A DNA stretch of 64,000 nt from Candidatus Saccharibacteria bacterium UBA6209 (lineage in GTDB: Bacteria > Patescibacteriota > Saccharimonadia > Saccharimonadales > Saccharimonadaceae). The notes under the pieces are model-generated. The model ran no database searches. It was not told the DNA's origin and was given only the letters and a program-made list of their open reading frames with translations. Made by a program: the position numbers and the translations under genes. Positions 50,726-58,822 of the stretch are shown here, piece by piece. Every line of letters begins with the position of its first letter. Positions within the stretch are counted from its first letter, which is position 1. Location of the stretch: assembly GCA_002421965.1 (NCBI GenBank), contig DISN01000005.1:324-64323 (forward strand). The letters are read 5' to 3'.

Positions 50726-51633
50726 AAATCGCAATTCTATCGAACGGCAACGCCAACTACTCTACTAAACGCCTCGCTGAGGTGGCAAAATCCCGTGGCC
50801 ACGAGGTTAAGGTTATCAAATACAAGAACGCTTACGCGTCAATCGAACAAAACAACCCTAACCTAAGCTATCGCGGTAAGGAGCTTGGGCATTTTGATGC
50901 TATTATCCCTCGTATTGCTAGCAACATGACCCGCTACGGTACGGCTATGCTTAGGCAGATGGAGATGCAGGGCATGTATACGGTTTCTAGCTCGATTGCG
51001 ATTAGTCGAACACGAGACAAGCTGCGAAGCATGCAGCTATTGTCAAAGGCCGGCGTGGCAATTCCAAAGACGGTGTTTAGTCGTAATACTGCCGATATCG
51101 ATGATCTTATAGAGATGGCCGGTGGCGTACCGGTAATTATTAAGCTAGCCAGAGGTACTCACGGTAACGGCGTAGTTTTGGCCGAGACAAAAAAGGCCGC
51201 TAAGTCTGTGCTCCAGGCATTTTATCTGCAGAACGAAGACGGAACTAACATTTTGGTTCAGGAGTTTATCGAGGAATCGGCCGGAACTGATATTCGTGCT
51301 TTTGTTGTCGGCGGACGAGTGGTGGCAAGCATGAAGCGTCAGAGTCTTGATGACGATTTTCGGTCCAATCTACATAAGGGCGGCGAGGGTGCTGTCGTCA
51401 AGCTTACTGAAGAAGAGCGCAAGATGGCGGTCAGGGCTGCCCGTGCTATGGGCCTGAGCGTAGCTGGCGTAGATATGATGCGTTCGGCAAGGGGTCCACT
51501 GGTACTTGAGGTGAATGCTAGTCCTGGGTTTGGTATTGAAAAGATCACTAAGCGTGATGTTGCGACGCCAATTATTGAATACATTGAGCAAAACGCTAAG
51601 CGTCGCCCAAAAAAAGACAAGATCGGCGCCTAG
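50722..51633 (+). CDS. rimK: RimK-family alpha-L-glutamate ligase (ATP-grasp)
   Basis: RDKLRSMQLL, GTHGNGV, QEFIEE, DIRAFVVG, FRSNLHKGG, EVNASPG motifs. Confidence 0.93.
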   Translation: MKIAILSNGNANYSTKRLAEVAKSRGHEVKVIKYKNAYASIEQNNPNLSYRGKELGHFDAIIPRIASNMTRYGTAMLRQMEMQGMYTVSSSIAISRTRDKLRSMQLLSKAGVAIPKTVFSRNTADIDDLIEMAGGVPVIIKLARGTHGNGVVLAETKKAAKSVLQAFYLQNEDGTNILVQEFIEESAGTDIRAFVVGGRVVASMKRQSLDDDFRSNLHKGGEGAVVKLTEEERKMAVRAARAMGLSVAGVDMMRSARGPLVLEVNASPGFGIEKITKRDVATPIIEYIEQNAKRRPKKDKIGA

Positions 51634-51672
51634 CCGGCTGCTGTCTGTCACTCCTCGTGATATGATATAGAT

Positions 51673-52158
51673 ATGGACAAGCAGGACAGGAATCTGCAGA
51701 AGAAAGCTCCATGGATGATTGCTGTCATTGTGGCCGTGCTGGTTCTTGTGGCATCGGCCGTTGGGTGGTATTGGCTGCCTGACGATCAGATCGTTGAGCT
51801 TGGCGGCACGACTTATAGGGCCGAGGTAGTCGACAGCCCTAAAACTAGGGCTAGGGGTCTGTCTGGCAGGAAGTCTCTGGATGAGAATCGAGCGATGCTG
51901 TTTGAGTTTAATGATAGTGATTTTCATAGTTTTTGGATGAAGGATATGCAGTTTTCGATTGATATTATCTGGATGGACAAGTTTCGGCAAGTTGTCCATG
52001 TAGAGCGGGGATTGCAGCCTGATAAACCTCCTCATAAGTCGTATCGACCTGACAAGAAAGCTAAGTATGTACTGGAAGTAGCGGCTGGTCAGGCGGATAA
52101 TGTAACAGTTGGGGATAAGATGACAGTAAAAAAGGAGGGTGCTGGATGGAAGTTATAG
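51673..52158 (+). CDS. DUF192 family protein
   Basis: RARGLSGR, MLFEF, FWMKDM, IDIIW, YVLEV motifs; N-terminal TM. Confidence 0.88.
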   Translation: MDKQDRNLQKKAPWMIAVIVAVLVLVASAVGWYWLPDDQIVELGGTTYRAEVVDSPKTRARGLSGRKSLDENRAMLFEFNDSDFHSFWMKDMQFSIDIIWMDKFRQVVHVERGLQPDKPPHKSYRPDKKAKYVLEVAAGQADNVTVGDKMTVKKEGAGWKL

Positions 52159-52631
52159 TTATGTTCGTTGCAATAGTTCTGGCGGTTTTTGTCGGTGCTT
52201 TTGTGTCGGGTCGGCGATTTGGTGTGCTGTCACTGAGTCTAGCTGCCGGATCGATTTTGTCGGGATTTTGGGCTACTGGGCTGGCGGTGCTAGTTGAGGC
52301 ATTCGGAGTAGGTGGCGGTAAGTTGCCGCCAGAGGTGGTGGCAACAGTTGTGCTGCTAGTCGCGCCGGCTGCGATACTTCTGTTTAGCGGCCCTAAGTAC
52401 AGTAAAAAGTTTGGCCGAGTGGTGTCGGCGCTAGCCATTGGTGTGCTGACGGCGGCGTTTTTGGTCAAGCCCCTTGGTGGCCTGATGTCGCTCAGCGGCG
52501 GCGCCCTTGAGGTTTATCGATTTTTGGCGGATTATTGGCAGTACGTGGTGGGCGTTGGGTTGATACTTGGAGTGTTGGATTTGTTTATGCTGCATACCAA
52601 AAATCTGCTCAAGTCCGATAAAAAACATTGA
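52146..52631 (+). CDS. Small polytopic membrane protein
   Basis: About five hydrophobic segments; overlaps the DUF192 gene. Confidence 0.7.
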   Translation: MEVIVMFVAIVLAVFVGAFVSGRRFGVLSLSLAAGSILSGFWATGLAVLVEAFGVGGGKLPPEVVATVVLLVAPAAILLFSGPKYSKKFGRVVSALAIGVLTAAFLVKPLGGLMSLSGGALEVYRFLADYWQYVVGVGLILGVLDLFMLHTKNLLKSDKKH

Positions 52632-52718
52632 CATAAGCACTAATCTGTGATAAGATGAGGGAGGTAGTTTATAGACTACCGATTGTTTGGCGTGTGTCAA
52701 GCAAGTGAACATTATTTG

Positions 52719-52791
52719 CAATTTGGGTCCGTAGCTCAGCTGCTGTCCGAGATGCTTGTCGCCGAGTGAAATCATTAAGCACCAGGTGCTC
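52719..52791 (+). repeat. 5' shadow copy of tRNA-Lys
   Basis: 52719-52742 is identical to 52839-52862 (24 bp); AGCACC-A-GGTGCT(C) direct plus inverted fragment at 52778-52791. Confidence 0.85.
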
Positions 52792-52844
52792 AAGCCGAAA
52801 TCACTGACAGTAGTTGAGCCGAGATTCATGTAAATTACCAATTT

Positions 52845-52921
52845 GGGTCCGTAGCTCAGCTGGTTAGAGCACCTGCCTTTTAAGCAGGGTGTCATGGGTT
52901 CAAGCCCCATCGGACCCTCCA
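52845..52921 (+). tRNA. tRNA-Lys (TTT)
   Basis: 77-nt cloverleaf, CTTTTAA loop, encoded CCA, U73 discriminator. Confidence 0.95.
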
Positions 52922-52972
52922 AAGAAAAAACCTCACCTTTTGGTGGGGATTTTTCTTTAGCATTGGTTGTTG

Positions 52973-53123
52973 GCTTGAACGCCGTTGACACCCGTAGGTG
53001 GAATGGGTGAGGACTGCCGGTGGCAGTCCGCAAGGAAACCTTCCGATGCGGTCTGTGATCGCAATCGTGAAGTTTCGGGGTCGCGGGACGTGACCAAGCC
53101 CCATCGGACCCTCCAAAGAAAAA
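52973..53123 (+). repeat. 3' shadow copy of tRNA-Lys
   Basis: Inverted T-arm GCTTGAAC...TGACACCC (52973-52993), hairpin-rich insert, 53095-53123 identical to 52901-52929 (29 bp). Confidence 0.87.
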
Positions 53124-53158
53124 GACCCATCACAGTATATGGGTCTTTTTCTTTGGAG
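53111..53158. terminator. 20-bp perfect hairpin/terminator
   Basis: CTCCAAAGAAAAAGACCCAT-CACAGTAT-ATGGGTCTTTTTCTTTGGAG. Confidence 0.8.
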
Positions 53159-53170
53159 TATAATTGGGAC

Positions 53171-54181
53171 ATGGATGATATATTTCTTCGGGGTGTAAAT
53201 TTAGGCGGATGGTTGGTGCTTGAGAAGTGGATGACACCCTCGCTATTCGCCGGCACAGAAGCGATTGATGAGTATACCTTTATGCAGACTCCGGGCGCTG
53301 TCGAAAAAATAGACCAACATCGTAGGTCATTTATTACAGAAGCAGACTTCAAATGGCTTAGAAAACATGGGGTAAATGCCATACGTATACCGGTGGGGTA
53401 TTGGGTACTTGAGGGCGATGAGCCGTATGTAGGGGCTAGGAAATATCTAGATTGGGCAATGGTAATGGCGGAGAGGTATGAACTCAAGGTCGTTATCGAC
53501 GTGCATGGCTTGCCTGGGTCGCAGAATGGCTGGGATCATAGTGGGCGTGTTGGCAGGGCCTTGTGGTATAAAGATGCTGCCTATCGTCAACGGAGTGTGG
53601 AGGCGGTTGCGCGTATTGCCGATCGCTATAAAGATAGTGTTACGCTTTGGGGCATCCAGGTAATAAACGAGCCACGGCTTGCGCCGTATCAACTAGTGTC
53701 GTTCTATCGGCTCCGTCATTACTATCGTCAGGTGTATCAGCGCCTAACGGGCATAGTGCCGCCAGCCGTAGCAATTATCGTTAGCGACGCCTTTGCTCCG
53801 CGATTGATGTCGGGAGTGCTGCGCTCAAGTAGCCACTCTGTCGTACTTGACGTTCATCTGTACCATATGGCGACACCATTTGCTAAGTGGCTATCGGTTG
53901 ATTGGTTTTTGCGTAAAACAATGCGGCGCGAGAGGATGCTCAAAAGGTTATCGCGCACTCAACCTATTATTATCGGAGAGTGGAGCGGAGTGATAAGCGG
54001 GGAAACAATGCGTCATGTACCAAAAGAACAGCATGATGAGCTCTTTGCGCATTATGTGGCGTTGCAGCAAGATGTTTATCGCACAACTGCAGGATGGTTT
54101 TATTGGAGCTATAAAGCAGAAAAACCTGGCCAGTGGAATTTTCGTTCGCAGGTTGAAGATGGGCTAATTAAAGTTACATAG
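53171..54181 (+). CDS. GH5 glycoside hydrolase (exo-1,3-beta-glucanase-like)
   Basis: GVNLGGWLVLEKWMTPSLF, RIPVGYW, INEP (acid/base), IIGEWS (nucleophile); start set at ATG 53171. Confidence 0.9.
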   Translation: MDDIFLRGVNLGGWLVLEKWMTPSLFAGTEAIDEYTFMQTPGAVEKIDQHRRSFITEADFKWLRKHGVNAIRIPVGYWVLEGDEPYVGARKYLDWAMVMAERYELKVVIDVHGLPGSQNGWDHSGRVGRALWYKDAAYRQRSVEAVARIADRYKDSVTLWGIQVINEPRLAPYQLVSFYRLRHYYRQVYQRLTGIVPPAVAIIVSDAFAPRLMSGVLRSSSHSVVLDVHLYHMATPFAKWLSVDWFLRKTMRRERMLKRLSRTQPIIIGEWSGVISGETMRHVPKEQHDELFAHYVALQQDVYRTTAGWFYWSYKAEKPGQWNFRSQVEDGLIKVT

Positions 54182-54205
54182 GTTGGGTGTAGGTATAATA
54201 GTGTC

Positions 54206-55657
54206 ATGTATCCGTGGGCACTGCGAAAAATTCATATCTCTTGGTTGATAGCGAGCTGCTGCACTGGCGTAGTGGTCGGGGTAATCGCAAGTATGTATGC
54301 ACCTTATGGTCTGTTTTCTGGCACGCAGTGGCTACTGCTTGGCTGCGTATTGTTGCTTCCACTCGTGAAGCAACAGAGGCTATGGATGGTCGTGCTTGCG
54401 GTGCTTGCTGGCGTGATATTAGGATTGTGGCGAGCTGGTGTGGGTCAGGTGGGCATGGAGCAGTATGAAGGATTAGTGGGCGAGCGGGTTGAAGTGTCAG
54501 GGCGCATCACAGAAGATCCTGATATTGATAAGCGCGGCATGACCGTACTACGCCTTACTGACATTAACATATATGAGCGACAGTTGCCTGGTAATATTTG
54601 GGTGACCATGGCAAAAAATGATGCTCTCAGACGTAGCGACCGAGTGGTGGTCGATGGCAAAATGACGGATGGGTTTGGGTCATTTTCGGGTGCTATTTAT
54701 CAGGCGGATATTGTCAAGGTTGAGCGACCGGTGCCAGGAGATGTGGCTGTTGGCGTGCGGGATTGGTTTGCTGAGCGAGTTAGGCTACACGTGCCGGATC
54801 CCGAGGCTTCGTTGGGGCTAGGTTACTTGTTAGGACTCAGGCGATCATTGCCTGCTGGGCTGGTCGAGGCGCTGCAAGTTGCTGGCTTGACGCATATTAT
54901 TGTGGCAAGTGGGTATAACTTAACGATACTTGTTAGGCTGAGTCGAAGATTGTTCGTTCGGGTGTCGAAATATTTAGCGATGCTGTCGAGCACAGCGATG
55001 ATACTGTGTTTTATGGCGGTGACTGGAATGAGCCCGAGTATGTCGCGTGCTGGGCTGGTGGCTGGGTTGAGTTTGGCGGCGTGGTACTATGGTCGCAAGG
55101 TTCACCCGCTAGTGCTGCTACCTTTAGCGGCAGCGGTGACTTTAATAATAAACCCTAGTTTTGGCTGGAGCGACTTGGGCTGGCAGTTAAGTTTTGGAGC
55201 ATTTGCTGGAGTGATTTTGTTAGCGCCGCTACTTCAGCGTTATTTCTTTGGCGATAAGCCGCCGGGTAATATTAGACAGATTTTGGGCGAGACGATATCG
55301 GCTCAGTTGATGACTTTGCCAATTTTGGTAATGGCTTTTGGGGTGATGAGTAATGTGGCGGTTATAGCGAATATTATGATATTGCCACTAGTACCTCTGG
55401 CGATGTTATTGGTGTTTTTGACGGGGATTCTGGCGACAATACCGGTTATCGGTATGTTGATTGCCTATCCGACGACTTGGCTGCTGAGCTATATGGTCTG
55501 GGTTGCTGAGTGGACATCCTCAGTATCTTGGGCGCAGATGGAGGTTGAGATTGGTTGGTGGGTGACTGTAGCATTTTACATACTGCTGGGGTTGGCGATT
55601 TGGTATATGAAGCGAGCCACTGGATATAGGCTTGGAGATAGTAGCATTGTTGAGTGA
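54206..55657 (+). CDS. comEC: ComEC/Rec2 DNA uptake channel, without the C-terminal metallo-beta-lactamase domain
   Basis: GLTHIIVASGYN, SMSRA, DLGWQLSF motifs. Confidence 0.92.
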   Translation: MYPWALRKIHISWLIASCCTGVVVGVIASMYAPYGLFSGTQWLLLGCVLLLPLVKQQRLWMVVLAVLAGVILGLWRAGVGQVGMEQYEGLVGERVEVSGRITEDPDIDKRGMTVLRLTDINIYERQLPGNIWVTMAKNDALRRSDRVVVDGKMTDGFGSFSGAIYQADIVKVERPVPGDVAVGVRDWFAERVRLHVPDPEASLGLGYLLGLRRSLPAGLVEALQVAGLTHIIVASGYNLTILVRLSRRLFVRVSKYLAMLSSTAMILCFMAVTGMSPSMSRAGLVAGLSLAAWYYGRKVHPLVLLPLAAAVTLIINPSFGWSDLGWQLSFGAFAGVILLAPLLQRYFFGDKPPGNIRQILGETISAQLMTLPILVMAFGVMSNVAVIANIMILPLVPLAMLLVFLTGILATIPVIGMLIAYPTTWLLSYMVWVAEWTSSVSWAQMEVEIGWWVTVAFYILLGLAIWYMKRATGYRLGDSSIVE

Positions 55658-55727
55658 TTTGCCAACACCGCTTAACAGATGTATAATAATAGGCAAGTAA
55701 GATAACAACTTAATCTGGAGAAACGGT

Positions 55728-56450
55728 ATGTCAGGACATAGCAAATGGGCAAAAATTAAGCGTGACAAGGGCGCTAATGACGCAAAGCGTGGTGCTGTTT
55801 TTACTAAGCTTGGTAACCAGATTGCTATTGCTGCTCGTGGTGGTATCGATCCAACTATGAACTCGGCTTTGGCGCTAGCTATCGAGCGAGCCAAGGCGGC
55901 TAATATGCCAGGTACGAATATTCAGCGCGCAATTGACCGAGTGGCGGATAAAAACGCGGCGGTCATGGAAGAGATTGCCTATGAGGCGTATGGCCCAGGC
56001 GGTGTCGGGATTATCATTGAAACAGCGACGGACAATCGTAACCGGACACTACCAGAGGTAAAAACGGCATTAGTAAAAAATGGCGGGCGTATTGCCGACG
56101 CGGGAAGCGTGGCGTTTCAGTTTACGCGAAAAGGCGTAATTACCGTGGACGGCACGGGTGAGGATTTGCTTCTTGAGGTGCTAGATGCCGGAGCGGAGGA
56201 CGCGGTCGAGGAAGATGGGGAGATTATCGTATACACTGACCTGAAGGACTTGGCGAGCGTGCGTTCCGCCTTAGTTGATAGAGGGGTGAAAGTAAAGGAT
56301 GCCGAACTGCGATATATTGCAAATACACCAGTCGAAATAGCAGATCCTGAGGTGGCGCAGAAGCTTTTCAAAGTGCTTGACGCGCTTGATGACTTGGACG
56401 ACGTCGTAAATGTCCATACAAATGCGGATATTACAGCGGATATTGAATAA
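55728..56450 (+). CDS. yebC: YebC/PmpR family protein
   Basis: MSGHSKW, YEAYGPGG, TDNRNRT motifs. Confidence 0.96.
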   Translation: MSGHSKWAKIKRDKGANDAKRGAVFTKLGNQIAIAARGGIDPTMNSALALAIERAKAANMPGTNIQRAIDRVADKNAAVMEEIAYEAYGPGGVGIIIETATDNRNRTLPEVKTALVKNGGRIADAGSVAFQFTRKGVITVDGTGEDLLLEVLDAGAEDAVEEDGEIIVYTDLKDLASVRSALVDRGVKVKDAELRYIANTPVEIADPEVAQKLFKVLDALDDLDDVVNVHTNADITADIE

Positions 56451-56493
56451 CTGAAATCTTTTTTGCTATACTGCCAATAACAACATAAGCAGG

Positions 56494-58317
56494 ATGGGCA
56501 TGATTATGAAAAAGTGCGGTATCGTTTCACTTATTTTCTCGTTAATCGTGTCGCTTGCCGCCCCAGCTGGGGTGGTTTTTGCGATGGATGAAGTAGAGGG
56601 AGTGACAGAGGAGGGTATTATTAGTACTGACAAAGAGGCTATACTAGCGGTAAATGTAGCTGCTGAGATTCCTGAGGCGCAGATTGAATCGGTTGAAACA
56701 GCCGTCTCTGAGATGACTCAGGCCACACTTGTAGATGAAACGGGTGCAGAGACTGCTTCTAGCCCCCAGCCGACTGTCACGACAGCCGCGGATGCGCCCA
56801 TTGTGGCTGAGCCAGTAACAACTCCTCCGGCAATTATTACCTTATTTGATGTAAGTAGTACATTGGAATTTGTTGAAATGTATAATCAATCGGGCTCGCC
56901 GCTAGACATCTCGAAATTGACCCTGAAGTATAGTGCGGGTAATCAGGCATGCGAGACGGCTGTGAACGACACGGGCTATGTGCTGCCGGCGGAATACTTT
57001 CTGGTTGTTTCGCCGACCTCCGCCAGTCGCGAGCAGCGGACATTCACGGCTGAGTGTTTGTTTGATGGCGATGTGACGCGGGTGGAGGTATTTTATGAGG
57101 GGAATCGCATACAGCTTATTGATCAGATTGGCAGTGCTTCGTCTCAATGGATGGCGCATAAGAGTGCGTGGTACTTTTCGAATAGTGGTGCGAACAAGAT
57201 AGGTGATCGTAAATCATTTTCTGTTATAAAACAGTCGGGAAGTTTTGAGGCTGATTACAGTGTTATTGCGGTGGGTGTCGTTGAAGCGACGGGACTTCGC
57301 GATAGTGACATGTATCATCCGCCAGATTCAACCGATGGCCTGATGATAGTTGAGATCTTGTCTAATTCTCGTAGCTGTAGTCCTGGTGATATGGGCGAGG
57401 ACTGTGAAGATTATATTAAACTGTATAATTCGTCGGATAAGCCTGTTGATTTGGCGAAATATCGCATTAGAACTGGTGCGCGCACGGCAAATGCGACGAC
57501 GACTACGTCATATACTTGGCACGAACCGACCATTCATCCGTATCGTGATGAGCTAATACTGACTGAGGGTTCATACTTTACATTACGCATGCGCAATGAC
57601 GGCGTAGCGCTGTCACTTGCAAACAAAGAGGGAAATATTTGGATAGAAGATTACTTTGGGGTAGTGTCGTATCAGGAGGTCTCTTATGCGGGCATGGATT
57701 TAGCGGCTGCGCGGGATAGGACGTGGGCATATGACGAGACGGACGGAACGTGGAAGTTTGGGCTAGCCTCTCCTGACAAGGCAAATATGTTTCCGATGGA
57801 AGAGGTAGTAGCTAGCAGTACGGGTGACTCAACACTCAAACCGTGTCGTGATGATCAATATCGTTCAGAGGAGACTAACCGTTGCCGTAATATCTCGACC
57901 GGCTCGACGCTGGCGCCATGCAAGGAGGGTCAATATCGGTCGGAGGAGACGAATCGGTGCCGGTCGATTGCTAGCGCTGCGGCGAGCGTGCTAAAACCTT
58001 GTGCGGACGATCAGTTCCGCAACCCTGAAACTAATCGTTGTAAAAAGATAGCCAGTGTCGACGAGTTGGTCGATTGTGGTGAGGGTAGGGAGCGAAATCC
58101 TGAGACTAATCGTTGCCGGAATGTACTATCAGCAGCAATGCCAGTCGCTGGATTTGCACCAGAAATAGTCACCGAAACGGCCACTGGGATGATGGGCTGG
58201 TGGGTGGCTGGCGGCGTGTCTTTGGCGGCGGTTAGCTATGGTGTGTGGCAATGGCGTTTTGAGATTAGCCGTCTGACCAAGAAAACTGCGGCCTATTTTA
58301 CCTCCAGGGGTAAGTAA
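56494..58317 (+). CDS. Secreted, membrane-anchored lamin-tail-domain protein with four Cys-pair repeats
   Basis: Signal peptide; EFVEMYNQS and DYIKLYNSS LTD-like motifs; four C-x9-11-ETNRC repeats; C-terminal TM. Confidence 0.8.
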   Translation: MGMIMKKCGIVSLIFSLIVSLAAPAGVVFAMDEVEGVTEEGIISTDKEAILAVNVAAEIPEAQIESVETAVSEMTQATLVDETGAETASSPQPTVTTAADAPIVAEPVTTPPAIITLFDVSSTLEFVEMYNQSGSPLDISKLTLKYSAGNQACETAVNDTGYVLPAEYFLVVSPTSASREQRTFTAECLFDGDVTRVEVFYEGNRIQLIDQIGSASSQWMAHKSAWYFSNSGANKIGDRKSFSVIKQSGSFEADYSVIAVGVVEATGLRDSDMYHPPDSTDGLMIVEILSNSRSCSPGDMGEDCEDYIKLYNSSDKPVDLAKYRIRTGARTANATTTTSYTWHEPTIHPYRDELILTEGSYFTLRMRNDGVALSLANKEGNIWIEDYFGVVSYQEVSYAGMDLAAARDRTWAYDETDGTWKFGLASPDKANMFPMEEVVASSTGDSTLKPCRDDQYRSEETNRCRNISTGSTLAPCKEGQYRSEETNRCRSIASAAASVLKPCADDQFRNPETNRCKKIASVDELVDCGEGRERNPETNRCRNVLSAAMPVAGFAPEIVTETATGMMGWWVAGGVSLAAVSYGVWQWRFEISRLTKKTAAYFTSRGK

Positions 58318-58331
58318 TATACAATTGGTGT

Positions 58332-58805
58332 ATGAGAATAATTGGGATAGATCCCGGAACTGGTATTTTGGGATTTGGTGTAATTGAAGTAGACGCCAGG
58401 GGTAACCCAAAGATGATAACTGCTGGAGTAATTACGACACCAGCGCATACGCCGCTCGATGATAGATTACTCGAGATATTTGACAGCTTGACCGAGATAA
58501 TTGCTGAGACTAACCCAGAAGTTATGTCAATTGAAAAGCTGTTCTTCGCACAAAATGTCACGACTGCTATTTCTGTGTCCCATGCCAGGGGCGTGGCTAT
58601 GCTTACTGGCAAGCAGGCAGGGCTAGAGATTGCCGAGTATACTCCGTTGCAAATCAAGCAGACACTGACCGGTTATGGCCGTGCTAGTAAGAAACAGATG
58701 CAAGAAATGGTCAAGCTACAGCTCGGGTTAAATAACATGCCAAAGCCAGACGATGCGGCCGATGGTTTGGCTGCCGCAATTACTCATTCGCTCATGAGTC
58801 GATAA
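58332..58805 (+). CDS. ruvC: Holliday junction resolvase
   Basis: GIDPG, IEKLF, KQMQEMV, DDAADGLA motifs. Confidence 0.96.
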   Translation: MRIIGIDPGTGILGFGVIEVDARGNPKMITAGVITTPAHTPLDDRLLEIFDSLTEIIAETNPEVMSIEKLFFAQNVTTAISVSHARGVAMLTGKQAGLEIAEYTPLQIKQTLTGYGRASKKQMQEMVKLQLGLNNMPKPDDAADGLAAAITHSLMSR

Positions 58806-58822
58806 AATGGTAAAATATAACT

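Noticed and set aside
29071-53123. Intact prophage or ICE between tRNA and duplicated 3' end
   Set aside because: The intervals are only ~150-200 bp and no integrase or phage gene is present in the window
52431-53487. Minus-strand ORFs 52431-53033, 52892-53116 and 52957-53487 with repeated EGPMGL-like peptides
   Set aside because: They are translations of the tRNA-Lys gene and its duplicated fragments
22470-54181. Longer ORF-track starts for mscS (23636), NT5C (34570), gmk (43108), dnaK (45474), DUF1704 (48597) and GH5 (52985)
   Set aside because: The extensions run through promoters, neighbouring genes or tRNA repeats; downstream ATGs have matching -10 or SD signals
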